From contig CAYRHW010000002.1 in NCBI GenBank assembly GCA_964424305.1, forward strand, positions 2,115 through 66,114: 64,000 bases of DNA, read 5' to 3'. How positions within the stretch are numbered: position 1 is the stretch's first letter; every line of letters begins with the position of its first letter. Made by a program: the position numbers and the translations under genes. The DNA is from an uncultured Candidatus Saccharibacteria bacterium. GTDB lineage: Bacteria; Patescibacteriota; Minisyncoccia; Minisyncoccales; Staskawiczbacteraceae. The notes under the pieces are model-generated. The model did no database searches. It was not told the origin of the DNA and worked only from the letters and a program-made list of their open reading frames with translations. Positions 1 through 11,593 of the stretch are shown piece by piece.

Positions 1-122
1 CGACAAAAAGGCAAATTCTCAACTTTCTACTTCAGAACCTCAAATTAACGGGCAAAAAGCTCAATTTTGAACTTAAAACACCCTTTGATAGGGTGCTTCA
101 AGCAAACAACTGTTCTACCTTG

Positions 123-411
123 CTCCGGTGCCTGGATTCGAACCAGGAACCTTTTCGTTACACTAACCCTAAAATTACTTCTAGGAATGGACTATATCAT
201 CATCCCCCGAAGGGGATGCGAGGCGCTTCGAGTAAATAGACATTTACTCTACTCCCTTGCGGGATAGTCTCTACACCTTATCGCCTAAGCGATCTTGGCT
301 CGGGATTGCCCCTGTGGGGTTTCCCCGAGTTCACCTCGTTTTTCAACCTCGATTACTCGAGGAAGCTGCAACAATTTACAGCGAATTGCTCTACCGTTGA
401 GCTACACCGGA
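123..411 (-). tRNA. tRNA-Asn(GUU) interrupted by a group I intron (exon1 411..378, intron 377..161, exon2 160..123)
   Basis: The minus strand reads UCCGGUG-UA-GCUC-AACGGUA-GAGC-A-AUUCG-CUGU | intron | UAA-CGAAA-AGGUU-CCUGG-UUCGAAU-CCAGG-CACCGGA-G. It has a perfect 7-bp acceptor stem, a canonical D arm, a T arm and discriminator G. The spliced anticodon loop CUGUUAA gives GUU. The mature sequence is close to bacterial tRNA-Asn. Exon-1 GCUGU pairs with the intronic IGS GCAGC, with a terminal U.G wobble. Confidence 0.6.
161..377 (-). ncRNA. group I self-splicing intron (IC3-like core) in the tRNA-Asn anticodon loop
   Basis: A P2-like hairpin CCUCGA-GUAA-UCGAGG is present, plus GGGG-AAAC-CCC and a GCAA-looped hairpin. 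The core AGCCAAG...AUCGC-UUAG-GCGAU-AAGGUGUAGAGACUA matches the conserved P7/P8/P3 core of small bacterial tRNA group I introns such as Azoarcus tRNA-Ile, as far as I recall that sequence. There is a UCCC-GCAA-GGGA P9-like hairpin and a CCCC-UUCG-GGGG hairpin. The intron ends in G (omega G). A P10 pairing of GUUG with UAAC is possible. Confidence 0.55.
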
Positions 412-547
412 ATAAACTATCTTATGTGCTACCACTCCACCAGAATGGTTTCTCTAATACTACTTTATTTCCCCGATCTTTTCAAGATAATATTCTTGCA
501 AATATAACAGAATAAAGATAATCTAGAATCATTAATACAACACGTAC

Positions 548-916
548 ATGATAAATTTTGATGATTTCAAAAAAATAGAATTGAAAATTGGGAAGATTCT
601 CACGGCGGAAAAAGTAGAGGGGAGTGATAAATTAATAAAATTAATGGTTGATTTTGGTACAACCCCAGCTACCCCGACAGAAGACGATCCAACCCCTACC
701 CCACTCAAGGTTACCAGACAAATAGTGGCTGGCATAGCAACGGCCTACGAGCCGGAATCATTGGTTGGCAAAGAGTTTGTTTTTGTTTTTAATCTTGAAC
801 CAAAAATGCTGAAAGGAATTGAAAGCCAGGGGATGATATTGGCCGCGACAGATAATGGGTTGCCCGTTCTAATATCTCCAGACAAACCAGTAGAACCAGG
901 AAGTGGCCTTCGCTAA
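548..916 (+). CDS. tRNA-binding domain protein (CsaA/Trbp111/EMAP-like OB fold)
   Basis: The N-terminus is KIGKILTAEKVEGSDKLIKLMVDFG. The C-terminus is RQIVAGI...LVGKEFVFVFNLEPKMLKGIESQGMILAA. Both are hallmarks of the MetRS-C/CsaA tRNA-binding domain. A P/T-rich insert is present. Confidence 0.8.
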   Translation: MINFDDFKKIELKIGKILTAEKVEGSDKLIKLMVDFGTTPATPTEDDPTPTPLKVTRQIVAGIATAYEPESLVGKEFVFVFNLEPKMLKGIESQGMILAATDNGLPVLISPDKPVEPGSGLR

Positions 917-920
917 ATCA

Positions 921-947
921 AAAAGCCCCATTACGGGGCTTTTTTTA
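921..947. terminator. bidirectional rho-independent terminator (AGCCCC-AUUAC-GGGGCU + U7)
   Basis: A 6-bp GC hairpin is flanked by an A4 run and a T7 run. It lies between the convergent 548..916 and rpoD genes and overlaps the rpoD stop codon. Confidence 0.7.
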
Positions 948-2138
948 GTAGTAATCTTGTACTTTCTTTAATTCTTCGTGCTTTCTTAATTTCTCTAAAG
1001 CTTTGGCTTGGATCTGCCTAATTCTTTCTCTGGTTACTCCAAATTCTGCCCCAGTTTCTTCTAGGGTATGCATCACGCCATCTCCTAAACCAAACCTCAT
1101 CGCTAAGATTTTTAACTCTCTTGGGCTTAGATCCCCAGATAATTCTTTTAATCTTCTTGTTAAAAGCTTCTGAGCAGCTTCTGTATTCGGCGAAAGAGTT
1201 TTATCGTCTTTTATAAACTCGGCTAAAACACTTTCTTGTTTATCTTTGTCTTCTCCGACTGGGGTTTCTAATGATACTGCTTTTTGAGCAATCTTTCTTA
1301 TATGATGCACCTTATCAACCTCTAGACCCATTTCCGATGCAACTTCCTCCGCCAAAGGCTCTCTCCCCAACTCCTGTAACAGGTTCTTCCTAACTTTAGT
1401 ATATTTGGATATGGTTTCTATCATGTGGACGGGGATCCTAATAGTTCTTGCTTGGTCAGCCAATGCACGAGTAATCGATTGCCTAATCCACCAAGTCGCA
1501 TAGGTAGAAAATTTGTACCCCTTCCTCCAGTCAAACTTCTTTACTGCTTTAAATAACCCCAAATTACCTTCTTGGATAAGATCCAATAAGGTCAAATTTG
1601 GGGATCTGCCAACATATTTTTTTGCTATGGAAACGACTAATCTTAGATTAGATAGCGCTAACCTATTTTTTGCTTCTTCATCCCCATGCTCAATACGCTT
1701 AGCTAGTTCCTTTTCTTCTCTAGCAGTAAGAAAACCAACCCTGCCAATTTCCTTTAAATACATCTGAATGGGATCAATCTTACCCACAAGAACAGCCTTC
1801 TTCTTTTTCTCTTTTTTCCCAGTTTTTGATTTTACTTCTAAAAATTCTTGAGACTCTTTGATTTCGATTCCTCTCTCATTTAAAGTTTCGTAGATTCTTT
1901 CGAGCTCGCTAATATTTTGCTCTATATCTGGGAATGTATATAGAATCTCAGAGGTGGTAATAAACCCTCTTTCGTAACCCTTCTTCAGGATACTGTCCAT
2001 CTGCGCTGGAGTTGCTACCATCTTTCTTGTCCTTGTTATTATCCTTTGCTTCTTAGACTTCCTTTTCTTGATAACTTTCTTTGCCTTCTTGGGTTTTACC
2101 TTTTTGGATACTTTTTTGTTCTTTTTTTGTCTCTTCAT
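945..2138 (-). CDS. rpoD: RNA polymerase primary sigma factor (sigma-70/RpoD) with a lysine-rich N-terminus
   Basis: Region 2 is present ([39 protein letters not shown]). Regions 3 and 4 are present ([15 protein letters not shown]...[22 protein letters not shown]). The gene overlaps dnaG by 4 bp, the classic macromolecular synthesis operon arrangement. Confidence 0.92.
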   Translation of the reverse strand: MKRQKKNKKVSKKVKPKKAKKVIKKRKSKKQRIITRTRKMVATPAQMDSILKKGYERGFITTSEILYTFPDIEQNISELERIYETLNERGIEIKESQEFLEVKSKTGKKEKKKKAVLVGKIDPIQMYLKEIGRVGFLTAREEKELAKRIEHGDEEAKNRLALSNLRLVVSIAKKYVGRSPNLTLLDLIQEGNLGLFKAVKKFDWRKGYKFSTYATWWIRQSITRALADQARTIRIPVHMIETISKYTKVRKNLLQELGREPLAEEVASEMGLEVDKVHHIRKIAQKAVSLETPVGEDKDKQESVLAEFIKDDKTLSPNTEAAQKLLTRRLKELSGDLSPRELKILAMRFGLGDGVMHTLEETGAEFGVTRERIRQIQAKALEKLRKHEELKKVQDYY

Positions 2139-3946
2139 AATTCCTTCGTTAATTTGTTGAATTGTTCCATTAAACCCTCAACCTCTTGGGGTTTATCATC
2201 TTGCTCTGCTTTTTTAATCTCTGCAGAAATTTCTTTAAGTTTATTCCTAATTTCCATAGATTTCAATTGTATTAGGCATAAATGGATCTCTCCCTCGTCT
2301 TCTTCATAATCTACTTCGGCCCTTAGAGCAAGGGTGGCTAGAAAGTCTTTTATATCCGGATCTGTATCCGAGGAATTATATTTTGCTATTAAATCATCAA
2401 CGACTTTCTTAAAATCTTTTTTAATATCGTCAGTCTGGGCCAGGGCATGTTCCTGTTTTAGGGCTTCGAGCAAACTTTTAATCTTCTGAGAAAAAAACTG
2501 TAAATAATCCGCACTAATTGCCCCTAAATTCTCAGGATTTTTTAAAATCAACGAGATTATCTTTTCTTCTAAAACTCTCTTTCTCCCAATTGGTAAAAAG
2601 TTCTTAACTTCTTTAACTACCCCCACTTCCGCAATGCTTGGTTCAAATTCAAAATCAATTACTGTTTTCTTTAACTCTTCAATTACGTCTTGTTCTCTAA
2701 CCGATAGAACACTGGCTAATTTTTGGATCCAAAAGGACTGCTCTATTTTATTCGGCATCCTTTTAATCGCTGGCAATATTACCTTTCCAATTTCTTTTTT
2801 CCCCTCTGGAGTACTTTTATCATATTTTGCAGTGGCCGAATCAAAGTAAAAATCTAGAATTGATCTGGCCTGATCTAAAGATTTCTGCCATTCTTTTGGA
2901 TCTTCTTTAATAACATCGGCTGGATCAGAATCAGCCTTAGTTTGTTTAATAATCTTAATATTAAAACCGGCTTCTTGGGCTAAGCTGATGCTTCTTTTGG
3001 TGGCATTGTCTCCGGCCACATCCATATCAAAAGCCAAAAGGAGGTTTTCAGTATATCTTTTCAACATCACTAAATGGCTAGAGGTTAATGCCGTGCCGGA
3101 AACAGCAATTGTGTTCCCGAAACCAGCTTGATGAGCCATTATGGTGTCCGTATAACCCTCTGTTATTACGCATCGATTCTCTTTCCTAATTTCGATCTTT
3201 GAGAAATTCAAGCCGTACAAAGTGTGACTTTTATCATAAAGTAGTGTTTGTGGTGTGTTAATATACTTTGCCACTTCTTTTTCCCCCTCTATCTTTTCAA
3301 AAACCCTGGCACCAAAGCCAATAACTTGAGAACCCAAATCAAAGACAGGAAAGATGATCCTACCACGGAATCTATCATAATAGTTTTGCTTAGTTTCAGA
3401 TTTTACCACCAAGCCAGCTCTTTCTAATTCCTCCCGCTGATAACCCTTACCAACTAAAAAATCCGATAATCCCTGCCAGGTGTTTGGTGAATAACCCAAT
3501 CTCCACTTCTTAATACTCTCTTTGCTTATCCCCCTCCCCAATAAATACTTTTCAGCTTCCTTACCCTTAATGCTGGCCTCTAATTGCTTCTCAAAGAACT
3601 TACATGATAATTCACAAATCTCGTAAAGCTTTTGCCTGGCTGATGCTAACTGTGGATTTTGTTGCGTTAATTGTACGCCAGCTTTCTGAGCTAAAATCCT
3701 CAGTGCGTCTCCGAATTCCACCCCCTCAATTTTCATTACAAAGTCAAAGATAGAGCTGCCTTCACCGCATCCAAAACATTTCCACATTTGCCTTGCTGGT
3801 GAAACAAAAAAAGAGGGTGTCTTCTCCGAATGGAATGGACAAACGCCCCTGTAATTAGCCCCTGTTTTTTTAAGCTTGATGTATCCGCCAATCACCTCAA
3901 CCACATCCAACTTATTTTTAACCTCCTCAACTTGAGAGTTTAACAT
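2135..3946 (-). CDS. dnaG: DNA primase
   Basis: A CHC2 zinc finger is present ([29 protein letters not shown]). A TOPRIM region is present ([26 protein letters not shown]). Length is 603 aa. Confidence 0.9.
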   Translation of the reverse strand: MLNSQVEEVKNKLDVVEVIGGYIKLKKTGANYRGVCPFHSEKTPSFFVSPARQMWKCFGCGEGSSIFDFVMKIEGVEFGDALRILAQKAGVQLTQQNPQLASARQKLYEICELSCKFFEKQLEASIKGKEAEKYLLGRGISKESIKKWRLGYSPNTWQGLSDFLVGKGYQREELERAGLVVKSETKQNYYDRFRGRIIFPVFDLGSQVIGFGARVFEKIEGEKEVAKYINTPQTLLYDKSHTLYGLNFSKIEIRKENRCVITEGYTDTIMAHQAGFGNTIAVSGTALTSSHLVMLKRYTENLLLAFDMDVAGDNATKRSISLAQEAGFNIKIIKQTKADSDPADVIKEDPKEWQKSLDQARSILDFYFDSATAKYDKSTPEGKKEIGKVILPAIKRMPNKIEQSFWIQKLASVLSVREQDVIEELKKTVIDFEFEPSIAEVGVVKEVKNFLPIGRKRVLEEKIISLILKNPENLGAISADYLQFFSQKIKSLLEALKQEHALAQTDDIKKDFKKVVDDLIAKYNSSDTDPDIKDFLATLALRAEVDYEEDEGEIHLCLIQLKSMEIRNKLKEISAEIKKAEQDDKPQEVEGLMEQFNKLTKEL

Positions 3947-3996
3947 AGTGCTTCAAAATCGACTTTATCATAGCATAAATATCAAAAGTTGCCAGA

Positions 3997-4024
3997 CTAA
4001 AAACGTCCCACATAAGTGGGACGT
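3997..4024 (-). terminator. rho-independent terminator (ACGUCCCAC-UUAU-GUGGGACGU + U5 on minus strand)
   Basis: A perfect 9-bp hairpin is followed by a U tract on the minus strand, downstream of the 4050..4826 gene. Confidence 0.65.
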
Positions 4025-4049
4025 TCTCATTAACTCAGTGCGCTGATAA

Positions 4050-4826
4050 CTATTTTATTCTGTAGGTAATGTATATATTCGCTGTTACTTCGGTCTGACC
4101 AGATTCGATTTGTGGTGCCGGAGCTGCTACGCCAAGTCCGTTAGCGGTATCCATCGATTTCTCATATAGTCCGCCTCCATAATATGGATAACTGCTATCT
4201 TGAATATTTACAATCTTCCCCAATTTCATACCAGCGGCATCAGCCATTGATTGAGCTTTTGCTTTAGCATTTTCTATGGCCTTATCGCGCGCTTGCTGAG
4301 TAGCCTTTTCTGTATCGTCAATTGCGAATTGTAAATTACCGACAAGATTCGATCCTAGGGCAGTTGCTTGATTCAATACATCGCCAATTTTAGTGAAATC
4401 CCTAACCTTTACGGCGACCTGCTGGCTCATTGTGTAGCCCTTGAATGTTCTCACCCCAGTTTTTTGGGCATACTCATAGCGTGGTTCCAAACTATATTGA
4501 GTTGTGGTGATATCTTTTGCATCAATATTCTCAGTCACCTTTAGCATATTAATAATCGCATTCATCTTGCTCGCATTCTGCCCTACTATGGTTGGCACAT
4601 CTACTCCATCGGTTGTGACTCCAAAGTTAAGCAAAACAATATCTGGAACAATAGAGACCTTCCCCTCGGCACTAACTGTTATCTCTCGAGGATAAAAATC
4701 GGGAATATTTCGGTAATCAACCATCGCCCTAACTACATAGGAACCGGTAATGGCAACCACCAAAACAACTGCTAGCATGAATAGGCCCGAAGTAAGCCCA
4801 TGCCTTTTTATTATTGTTTCTTCCAT
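4050..4826 (-). CDS. SIMPL-domain (DUF541) membrane-anchored periplasmic/extracytoplasmic protein
   Basis: There is an N-terminal TM helix. The motifs ITVSAEGKVSIVPDIV...ENAKAKAQSMADAAGMKLGKIVNI are typical of the SIMPL/26-kDa periplasmic immunogenic protein family. Confidence 0.6.
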   Translation of the reverse strand: MEETIIKRHGLTSGLFMLAVVLVVAITGSYVVRAMVDYRNIPDFYPREITVSAEGKVSIVPDIVLLNFGVTTDGVDVPTIVGQNASKMNAIINMLKVTENIDAKDITTTQYSLEPRYEYAQKTGVRTFKGYTMSQQVAVKVRDFTKIGDVLNQATALGSNLVGNLQFAIDDTEKATQQARDKAIENAKAKAQSMADAAGMKLGKIVNIQDSSYPYYGGGLYEKSMDTANGLGVAAPAPQIESGQTEVTANIYITYRIK

Positions 4827-4862
4827 ATTTTTATTAAATTAATTAATATATTTTACTACTTT

Positions 4863-6095
4863 TTAAGAAACCACACCAATAATATCAGCCAGAGGAACCA
4901 ATCTCGCCTCTTTTTCATTTCTTTTCTTTAATTCAACGCTTTCTTCTGCTAAGGTTTTCTTGCTTAATACCAACCGAATCGGCAAACCGATGAGGTCAGC
5001 TTCGGCAAACTTCTCCCCCGCTGTCTTGCCCTCTCTATCATCATAGAGTACCTCCCCCCCCTTGCCCATCATTTCATCGTAAAGTCTATCTGCCTCTGTT
5101 TCTGCCCCGTCTAACGCAATTAAATGCACTTTGAAGGGCGCGACATCCTCTGGCCAGACAATACCACCCTTATCGTGGAATAACTCGACTATGGTGCCCA
5201 TTAGGCGCCCCAGACCAATGCCGTAGCACCCCATTGTAAGGATTACATCATTCCCCTTCTCGTCTTTAACCTTAAGATCAAAGGGGGCTGAATATTTTGT
5301 CCCGAGTTTAAAGATATTCCCAACTTCGATTGACTTAGCCTCCTCAAGCTTCTTCTGGCCGCATCCTGGGCAAGCCGGCACATCATTAATAATCTCCTTG
5401 TTCACTGCGACCCTACATTTTTTACAAATGTGTATGGTATCTTCTCCAGCCTCGCAAAGTGTCTGGAATTCATGAGAGTATTTAGAGAAAGAGCCACCAG
5501 ATGCAAAGGTAAGATAGGTTTGCTCACCAATGCCCATTCGGCTAAATATTCTAATGTACGAATTAGTAACTTCTGTGTAATAATTATCCAAATCTTCTTC
5601 TGTTAAATGAAAGGAGTACAAGTCTTTCATTAAAAATTCTCTCCCACGAAGAATCCCGGATTTTGATCGTAGCTCCATCCTAAACTTATTCTGGAACTGG
5701 TAAACAGCAAAAGGAAGGTCGCGGTATGATTGAATATATTTTTTAACCAATGGAGAAACAATTTCCTCGTGCGTACCTCCAAGGGCAAATTCTCTGTCAC
5801 TTGCATCTTTCACTTTGTATAGATCATCCATTGTGCTCCAACGGCCAGTTTGTTCCCAATTCTCTTTTGGCTGAAGTGAGGGCATAAATATCTCTTGCCC
5901 TCCGACTGCGTTCATTTCTTCACGAATAATATTTTCTATCTTCTTAATTACTCGTAGACCCAATGGTAGATACGTGTAAACTCCGGCCATTACTTTATCA
6001 ATAAATCCGGCACGAATTAATAGCTGTGCGTTCAAACTCACCTCATCTTTTGGTGATTCTTTTTTGGTCTTAGTGAAAAGCTGTGATTGTTTCAT
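4863..6095 (-). CDS. proS: prolyl-tRNA synthetase, short form lacking the INS editing domain and carrying a Cys4 insert
   Basis: The N-terminus QLFTKTKKE...LLIRAGFI..GVYTYLPLGLRV.KKIENIIREEM resembles bacterial ProRS. Class II motif 2 is present (REFLMKDLYSFH). A CxxC-X17-CxxC cluster is present. The C-terminal anticodon-binding domain is present. Confidence 0.75.
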   Translation of the reverse strand: MKQSQLFTKTKKESPKDEVSLNAQLLIRAGFIDKVMAGVYTYLPLGLRVIKKIENIIREEMNAVGGQEIFMPSLQPKENWEQTGRWSTMDDLYKVKDASDREFALGGTHEEIVSPLVKKYIQSYRDLPFAVYQFQNKFRMELRSKSGILRGREFLMKDLYSFHLTEEDLDNYYTEVTNSYIRIFSRMGIGEQTYLTFASGGSFSKYSHEFQTLCEAGEDTIHICKKCRVAVNKEIINDVPACPGCGQKKLEEAKSIEVGNIFKLGTKYSAPFDLKVKDEKGNDVILTMGCYGIGLGRLMGTIVELFHDKGGIVWPEDVAPFKVHLIALDGAETEADRLYDEMMGKGGEVLYDDREGKTAGEKFAEADLIGLPIRLVLSKKTLAEESVELKKRNEKEARLVPLADIIGVVS

Positions 6096-6153
6096 AATAT
6101 TGTTTATCTATTTTAGCACAAATCTAGAACGCGGGAAGATCCGCTGATATATT

Positions 6154-6741
6154 TTAATTACTTTTACTAATATTTAAAACCTTCCCATAGCTGATGGCAA
6201 AAAGTAGAGAAATGTTTATAAAAACTAAATACACCGCAAATGCATACTGAGGGAATACCCAATACTCAATTGCAGCAAAGCTTGTTAGGGCACTTATTAA
6301 AAAAGTTAAATACAGTGTTGCAGATTCTGACTCTGGGTTGGTCCACGCTTTCTTTAGTGTTGGTATTGCTGCAAAGGCATCACTGGCGATAGCAAGAACA
6401 ATTGCAATATTTGCTTCTTTCGTAATTAACCATAATATCAACGCCAACGCAGAAAGAAACCCACAAAGATAATCAAAAAGCTTTATTTCCCAATATGCTT
6501 TCTTGCTAAATAGGGAAGCAATAAATATACAAAGAGGGCCGAAACCAGACATAAACACAGGAAGAACTGCCCAAGTTACTCCCTTAGATAATGCGGCAAC
6601 AGTTGCAATAAGTGGAGCGATAGACCACATTAACCAACCAACCTTATTGGGTTTAACCCTTCCACTCAGAGTATCTTTAAAATATATAACAGTCCCATAT
6701 ACTGCACATATAAAACCTAAAAAAACTAAAAATTGAAGCAT
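6154..6741 (-). CDS. hypothetical integral membrane protein (about 6 TM helices)
   Basis: The ORF is hydrophobic across its whole length and has no recognisable motif. Confidence 0.45.
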   Translation of the reverse strand: MLQFLVFLGFICAVYGTVIYFKDTLSGRVKPNKVGWLMWSIAPLIATVAALSKGVTWAVLPVFMSGFGPLCIFIASLFSKKAYWEIKLFDYLCGFLSALALILWLITKEANIAIVLAIASDAFAAIPTLKKAWTNPESESATLYLTFLISALTSFAAIEYWVFPQYAFAVYLVFINISLLFAISYGKVLNISKSN

Positions 6742-6756
6742 AAAAATTTTCTAAAG

Positions 6757-6839
6757 CGGAGGGGACAGGAGTCGAACCTGCAAGCCCTTGCGGGCGCACG
6801 CTTTCCAAGCGTGTTCCTTGCCATTCGGAGCACCCCTCC
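6757..6839 (-). tRNA. tRNA-Ser(GGA)
   Basis: On the minus strand the sequence is GGAGGGG-UG-...anticodon stem CACGC-UUGGAAA-GCGUG, with a long variable arm and the T arm CAGG-UUCGACU-CCUG. The acceptor 3' strand is CCCCUCC plus discriminator G. It is a type II tRNA. Confidence 0.85.
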
Positions 6840-6846
6840 AAATTTT

Positions 6847-7176
6847 TTAATGGCTTACCCTTGCCGCATAGTTAAATGCGTAAAAATAATTATTCCATTT
6901 TTCATCGCTGGAAGCATAGATGTTATCAAACATAAAATAATCTACCAAACATTCTCTCGTCAATAAAATCTCTTTTAATCTTTTTTTATTTCTGGGAGAC
7001 TCAATCGTCAAATCTAGCAATTCTAACCCTCTTTCAAAAGCGGCACTACTTCTTTTTTTATCTATTTTACGCCAGTTTATCGCCCTGCCAACTTCAGCCC
7101 CGACGTTTGCCATCTGCTCAAAAATAGACAGTTTCTGCCATCTCTCTACCGTTAAATCTTGGTGAAGGACGGTCAT
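6847..7176 (-). CDS. hypothetical protein
   Basis: The 109-aa ORF overlaps the upstream gene by 4 bp. No motif was recognised. Confidence 0.4.
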   Translation of the reverse strand: MTVLHQDLTVERWQKLSIFEQMANVGAEVGRAINWRKIDKKRSSAAFERGLELLDLTIESPRNKKRLKEILLTRECLVDYFMFDNIYASSDEKWNNYFYAFNYAARVSH

Positions 7177-7517
7177 TTTTTTATCAATTTATTCACAATT
7201 TCAATTATTTTTTTCCTTGTCTCCGGGTTATCTACTCCTCTCGTCCTATTATTCCACCCTGGCTTTATATTTATCATTGAATCGAATTCAATAAATTCTT
7301 CGCCACCCCTATCTGGCCATATATTTATCCCCCAAAGATTCTTTGGCTCAGAATTTTCTTCCTCTATCAGCAATTGCTCTTCATCTACGTGCAATGGCGC
7401 ATCAACTGCCATAATTCCTCTTTCAACGTCAATTACTGCCTTAACCAAACTTTCGTACATCTTTTTAGACATTTCTTTTAATTCTAAGACTTCTATTTTA
7501 TCTTTTACAATTTTCAT
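7173..7517 (-). CDS. hypothetical protein
   Basis: The 114-aa ORF is translationally coupled to 6847..7176. It has a Gly/Trp-rich C-terminal half (WGINIWPDRGGEEF...KPGWNNRTRGVDNPETR). Confidence 0.45.
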   Translation of the reverse strand: MKIVKDKIEVLELKEMSKKMYESLVKAVIDVERGIMAVDAPLHVDEEQLLIEEENSEPKNLWGINIWPDRGGEEFIEFDSMINIKPGWNNRTRGVDNPETRKKIIEIVNKLIKK

Positions 7518-7521
7518 ATGA

Positions 7522-8421
7522 TTATACTTTCGTATCTCTTAAGGCCCTTATCCTCTCTTCCACCGGCGGATGCGTTGAGAATATTCTCACAAACCAATCC
7601 CTGGCTTGTTTACCTTTGAATGGGGAGGATATGAAAAGATGGCTTGTGGCACTATTGGCTACCTGCATTGGAGCAGCATCTTGGGATATCTTTTCCAATG
7701 CCCTGGCCAACCCCTCGGGGTACCTTGTTAAAAGCGCCCCATCGGCATCAGCCAGAAACTCTCTCTTCCTTGATATCGCTAATTTGATTAAATTACCAGC
7801 TATTGGCGCTAGGATAGCAGCGACCAAACCAAGCAACATTAATAACCCAGCACTTTTATTATCCTCCGAATCTCCTCCCCTCCTGCTTCTAAAACCAATC
7901 CTCAAAAACCAATTAGACAGTATGGCGATGATACCAACCAAAACAACAATGGCAGTTCCCAACAACATATCTTTATTCCCAATGTGCGATAGCTCATGGG
8001 CGATAACTCCTTCCAACTCTTGTTTATCTAATTTATTCAAAAGCCCCCTTGTTACAGCAATAACAGCATGTTTAGCATTGCGACCAGTTGCGAAAGCATT
8101 TAATTGTTTTTCCTCGAGAATAAATATCTTTGGCAACGGCAACCCCGCTGTAATACAAAGATTTTCTACCACCCTATAAAGATCGGGATTATCTGATTTC
8201 TGTATTGGTTTCGCCTTCATCATTGAAAGAACAATTTTATCAGAGTACCAATAGCTAGAGAAACTCATAACAACACTAAGAATCACCGCCCCAAATAATA
8301 TGATTTGGTCGTCCATGATATAGCTAAAGAGCCACCCCAGGGCAATGATGAAAAGCAAAAAGCCGATAACTAAGAACCATGTCTTACGGGTATTAGAATC
8401 GGCTTGCGTATATAATGTCAT
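7522..8421 (-). CDS. htpX: M48 family zinc metalloprotease HtpX
   Basis: The HELSH zinc motif is present (HELSHIGNKD). There are TM segments. A downstream EFLADADGA..TRYPEGLARALEKI region is present. Confidence 0.85.
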   Translation of the reverse strand: MTLYTQADSNTRKTWFLVIGFLLFIIALGWLFSYIMDDQIILFGAVILSVVMSFSSYWYSDKIVLSMMKAKPIQKSDNPDLYRVVENLCITAGLPLPKIFILEEKQLNAFATGRNAKHAVIAVTRGLLNKLDKQELEGVIAHELSHIGNKDMLLGTAIVVLVGIIAILSNWFLRIGFRSRRGGDSEDNKSAGLLMLLGLVAAILAPIAGNLIKLAISRKREFLADADGALLTRYPEGLARALEKISQDAAPMQVANSATSHLFISSPFKGKQARDWFVRIFSTHPPVEERIRALRDTKV

Positions 8422-8427
8422 GACAAA

Positions 8428-8982
8428 TTAGAACTTCACTGCCACCGCTTCTCTCTGTGCTGCATCAGCAATCTCAAACAATTCTGCTTGTTTAAAAGAA
8501 AATGCTGAAGAGATTACGTTAGATGGGAAACTCTCTATTTTCGTATTCAGTTCCATAACATTGGTGTTATAGAATCGTCTAGCTGCCTGGATTTTATCTT
8601 CCGTGTCTCCGAGCTCTTTCTGTAATTCTAGGAAATTTATTGAAGCTTTTAAATCGGGATAATTTTCAGATACAGCAAATAGACTTTTAAGAGTATCGGA
8701 CAACATGTTTTCTGCACCAGCTTTATCCTTCATTCCCTGCGCACCCATCGCCCTTGTCCTAGCTGCAGTAACATTCTCAAATAACTGTTTCTCGTGAGTG
8801 GCATATCCCTTAACAGTTTCTACTAAATTGGGAATAAGATCATATCTTCTTTTCAACTGCACATCTATATCTGCCCAGGCTTCTTTCGTCCTGTTTCTCA
8901 TCTTAATAAGGGTGTTGAATGTTCCAATCACCCACAAAAGGAGGACGGCTATAATAATTACTACGATATATGTTAGACTCAT
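8428..8982 (-). CDS. lemA: LemA family protein
   Basis: There is an N-terminal TM helix followed by [42 protein letters not shown], the LemA signature. The lemA-htpX pair is a conserved arrangement. Confidence 0.85.
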   Translation of the reverse strand: MSLTYIVVIIIAVLLLWVIGTFNTLIKMRNRTKEAWADIDVQLKRRYDLIPNLVETVKGYATHEKQLFENVTAARTRAMGAQGMKDKAGAENMLSDTLKSLFAVSENYPDLKASINFLELQKELGDTEDKIQAARRFYNTNVMELNTKIESFPSNVISSAFSFKQAELFEIADAAQREAVAVKF

Positions 8983-9016
8983 GTTTTTTTCTCGACGAAA
9001 GTCGAGTATTAATTAT

Positions 9017-9550
9017 TTATTTAGGTATCCCCTCCCTAATCATTGTTGTTATTAGGGGATGCTGAACCGAGAACTTATAGCTCAACAACTTTAAAAGGCT
9101 AAAAAAATCTAGGATTTCGGATCTAAAGCTTTCCGGACCAACAAATATCTCTCCAAACTCCTGTACCAAATTCCTTGAGAAGTTATACAATACCTCGTAA
9201 TCTGATCTCTCTTTTAAGTATTTAATAATCTTCTTAAATTCTCCTTTATCTAACCAAATACCATGGCATACGTTGCAAAGATCAATCTTTGTTTTCGCCT
9301 CATCATACTGCACTTCATAGAGGGGCATTCTGCATTCTGGACACAGCCTGTTCCCCCTAGATATTTCAAACTTTTTAATGTCTCTCCACAAATCAATGTC
9401 CAACCAATTCAGCGATGGATCTTTTTTATCCTTTGCCTGTCTTAATTCATCGTGATCAAACCACATACCCAAGCAACTTGGACAGTATTCAATCTCGACG
9501 TTTAACAGGATGGCTTTATCTAAACTTTTCTTACAACTGGGACATTCCAT
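9017..9550 (-). CDS. tandem zinc-ribbon protein (zf-TFIIB-like CPxC...CxxC...W.D..E repeats)
   Basis: Two copies of CPxCxxxL...CxxCxGxWxDxxEL are present (MECPSCKKSL..YCPSCLGMWFDHDEL and LCPECRMPL..LCNVCHGIWLDKGEF). Confidence 0.5.
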   Translation of the reverse strand: MECPSCKKSLDKAILLNVEIEYCPSCLGMWFDHDELRQAKDKKDPSLNWLDIDLWRDIKKFEISRGNRLCPECRMPLYEVQYDEAKTKIDLCNVCHGIWLDKGEFKKIIKYLKERSDYEVLYNFSRNLVQEFGEIFVGPESFRSEILDFFSLLKLLSYKFSVQHPLITTMIREGIPK

Positions 9551-9614
9551 ATACTAATAATTCTAACAAAAACCCCCCATGTATTCAAGGGAGGGTTCTT
9601 GTATATATTCTGGG

Positions 9615-11529
<1,915 letters not shown>

Positions 11530-11561
11530 ATTGTTTATATATTAATTAATCTAATAACCAG

Positions 11562-11590
11562 ATTTTATTCTTAATAATGCTAGTTGTCAA
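11562..11590 (-). promoter_or_regulatory. sigma-70-type promoter for groES-groEL (-35 TTGACA, 17 bp, -10 TAAAAT). No CIRCE element seen.
   Basis: On the minus strand, TTGACA is the complement of 11585-11590 and TAAAAT is the complement of 11562-11567. The spacer is 17 bp. Confidence 0.5.
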
Positions 11591-11593
11591 TGT

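Noticed and set aside
123-411. tmRNA (ssrA) as an alternative explanation for the tRNA-like ends enclosing a structured insert
   Set aside because: The 5' part has a complete canonical D arm, which tmRNAs lack. No tag-peptide reading frame ending in ..AA-stop is present. The core matches group I intron P3/P7/P8, and splicing would regenerate a perfect tRNA-Asn.
67-515. Three small plus-strand ORFs (66-70 aa)
   Set aside because: They lie entirely over the tRNA-Asn/group I intron RNA on the opposite strand and have no RBS or coding-like composition.
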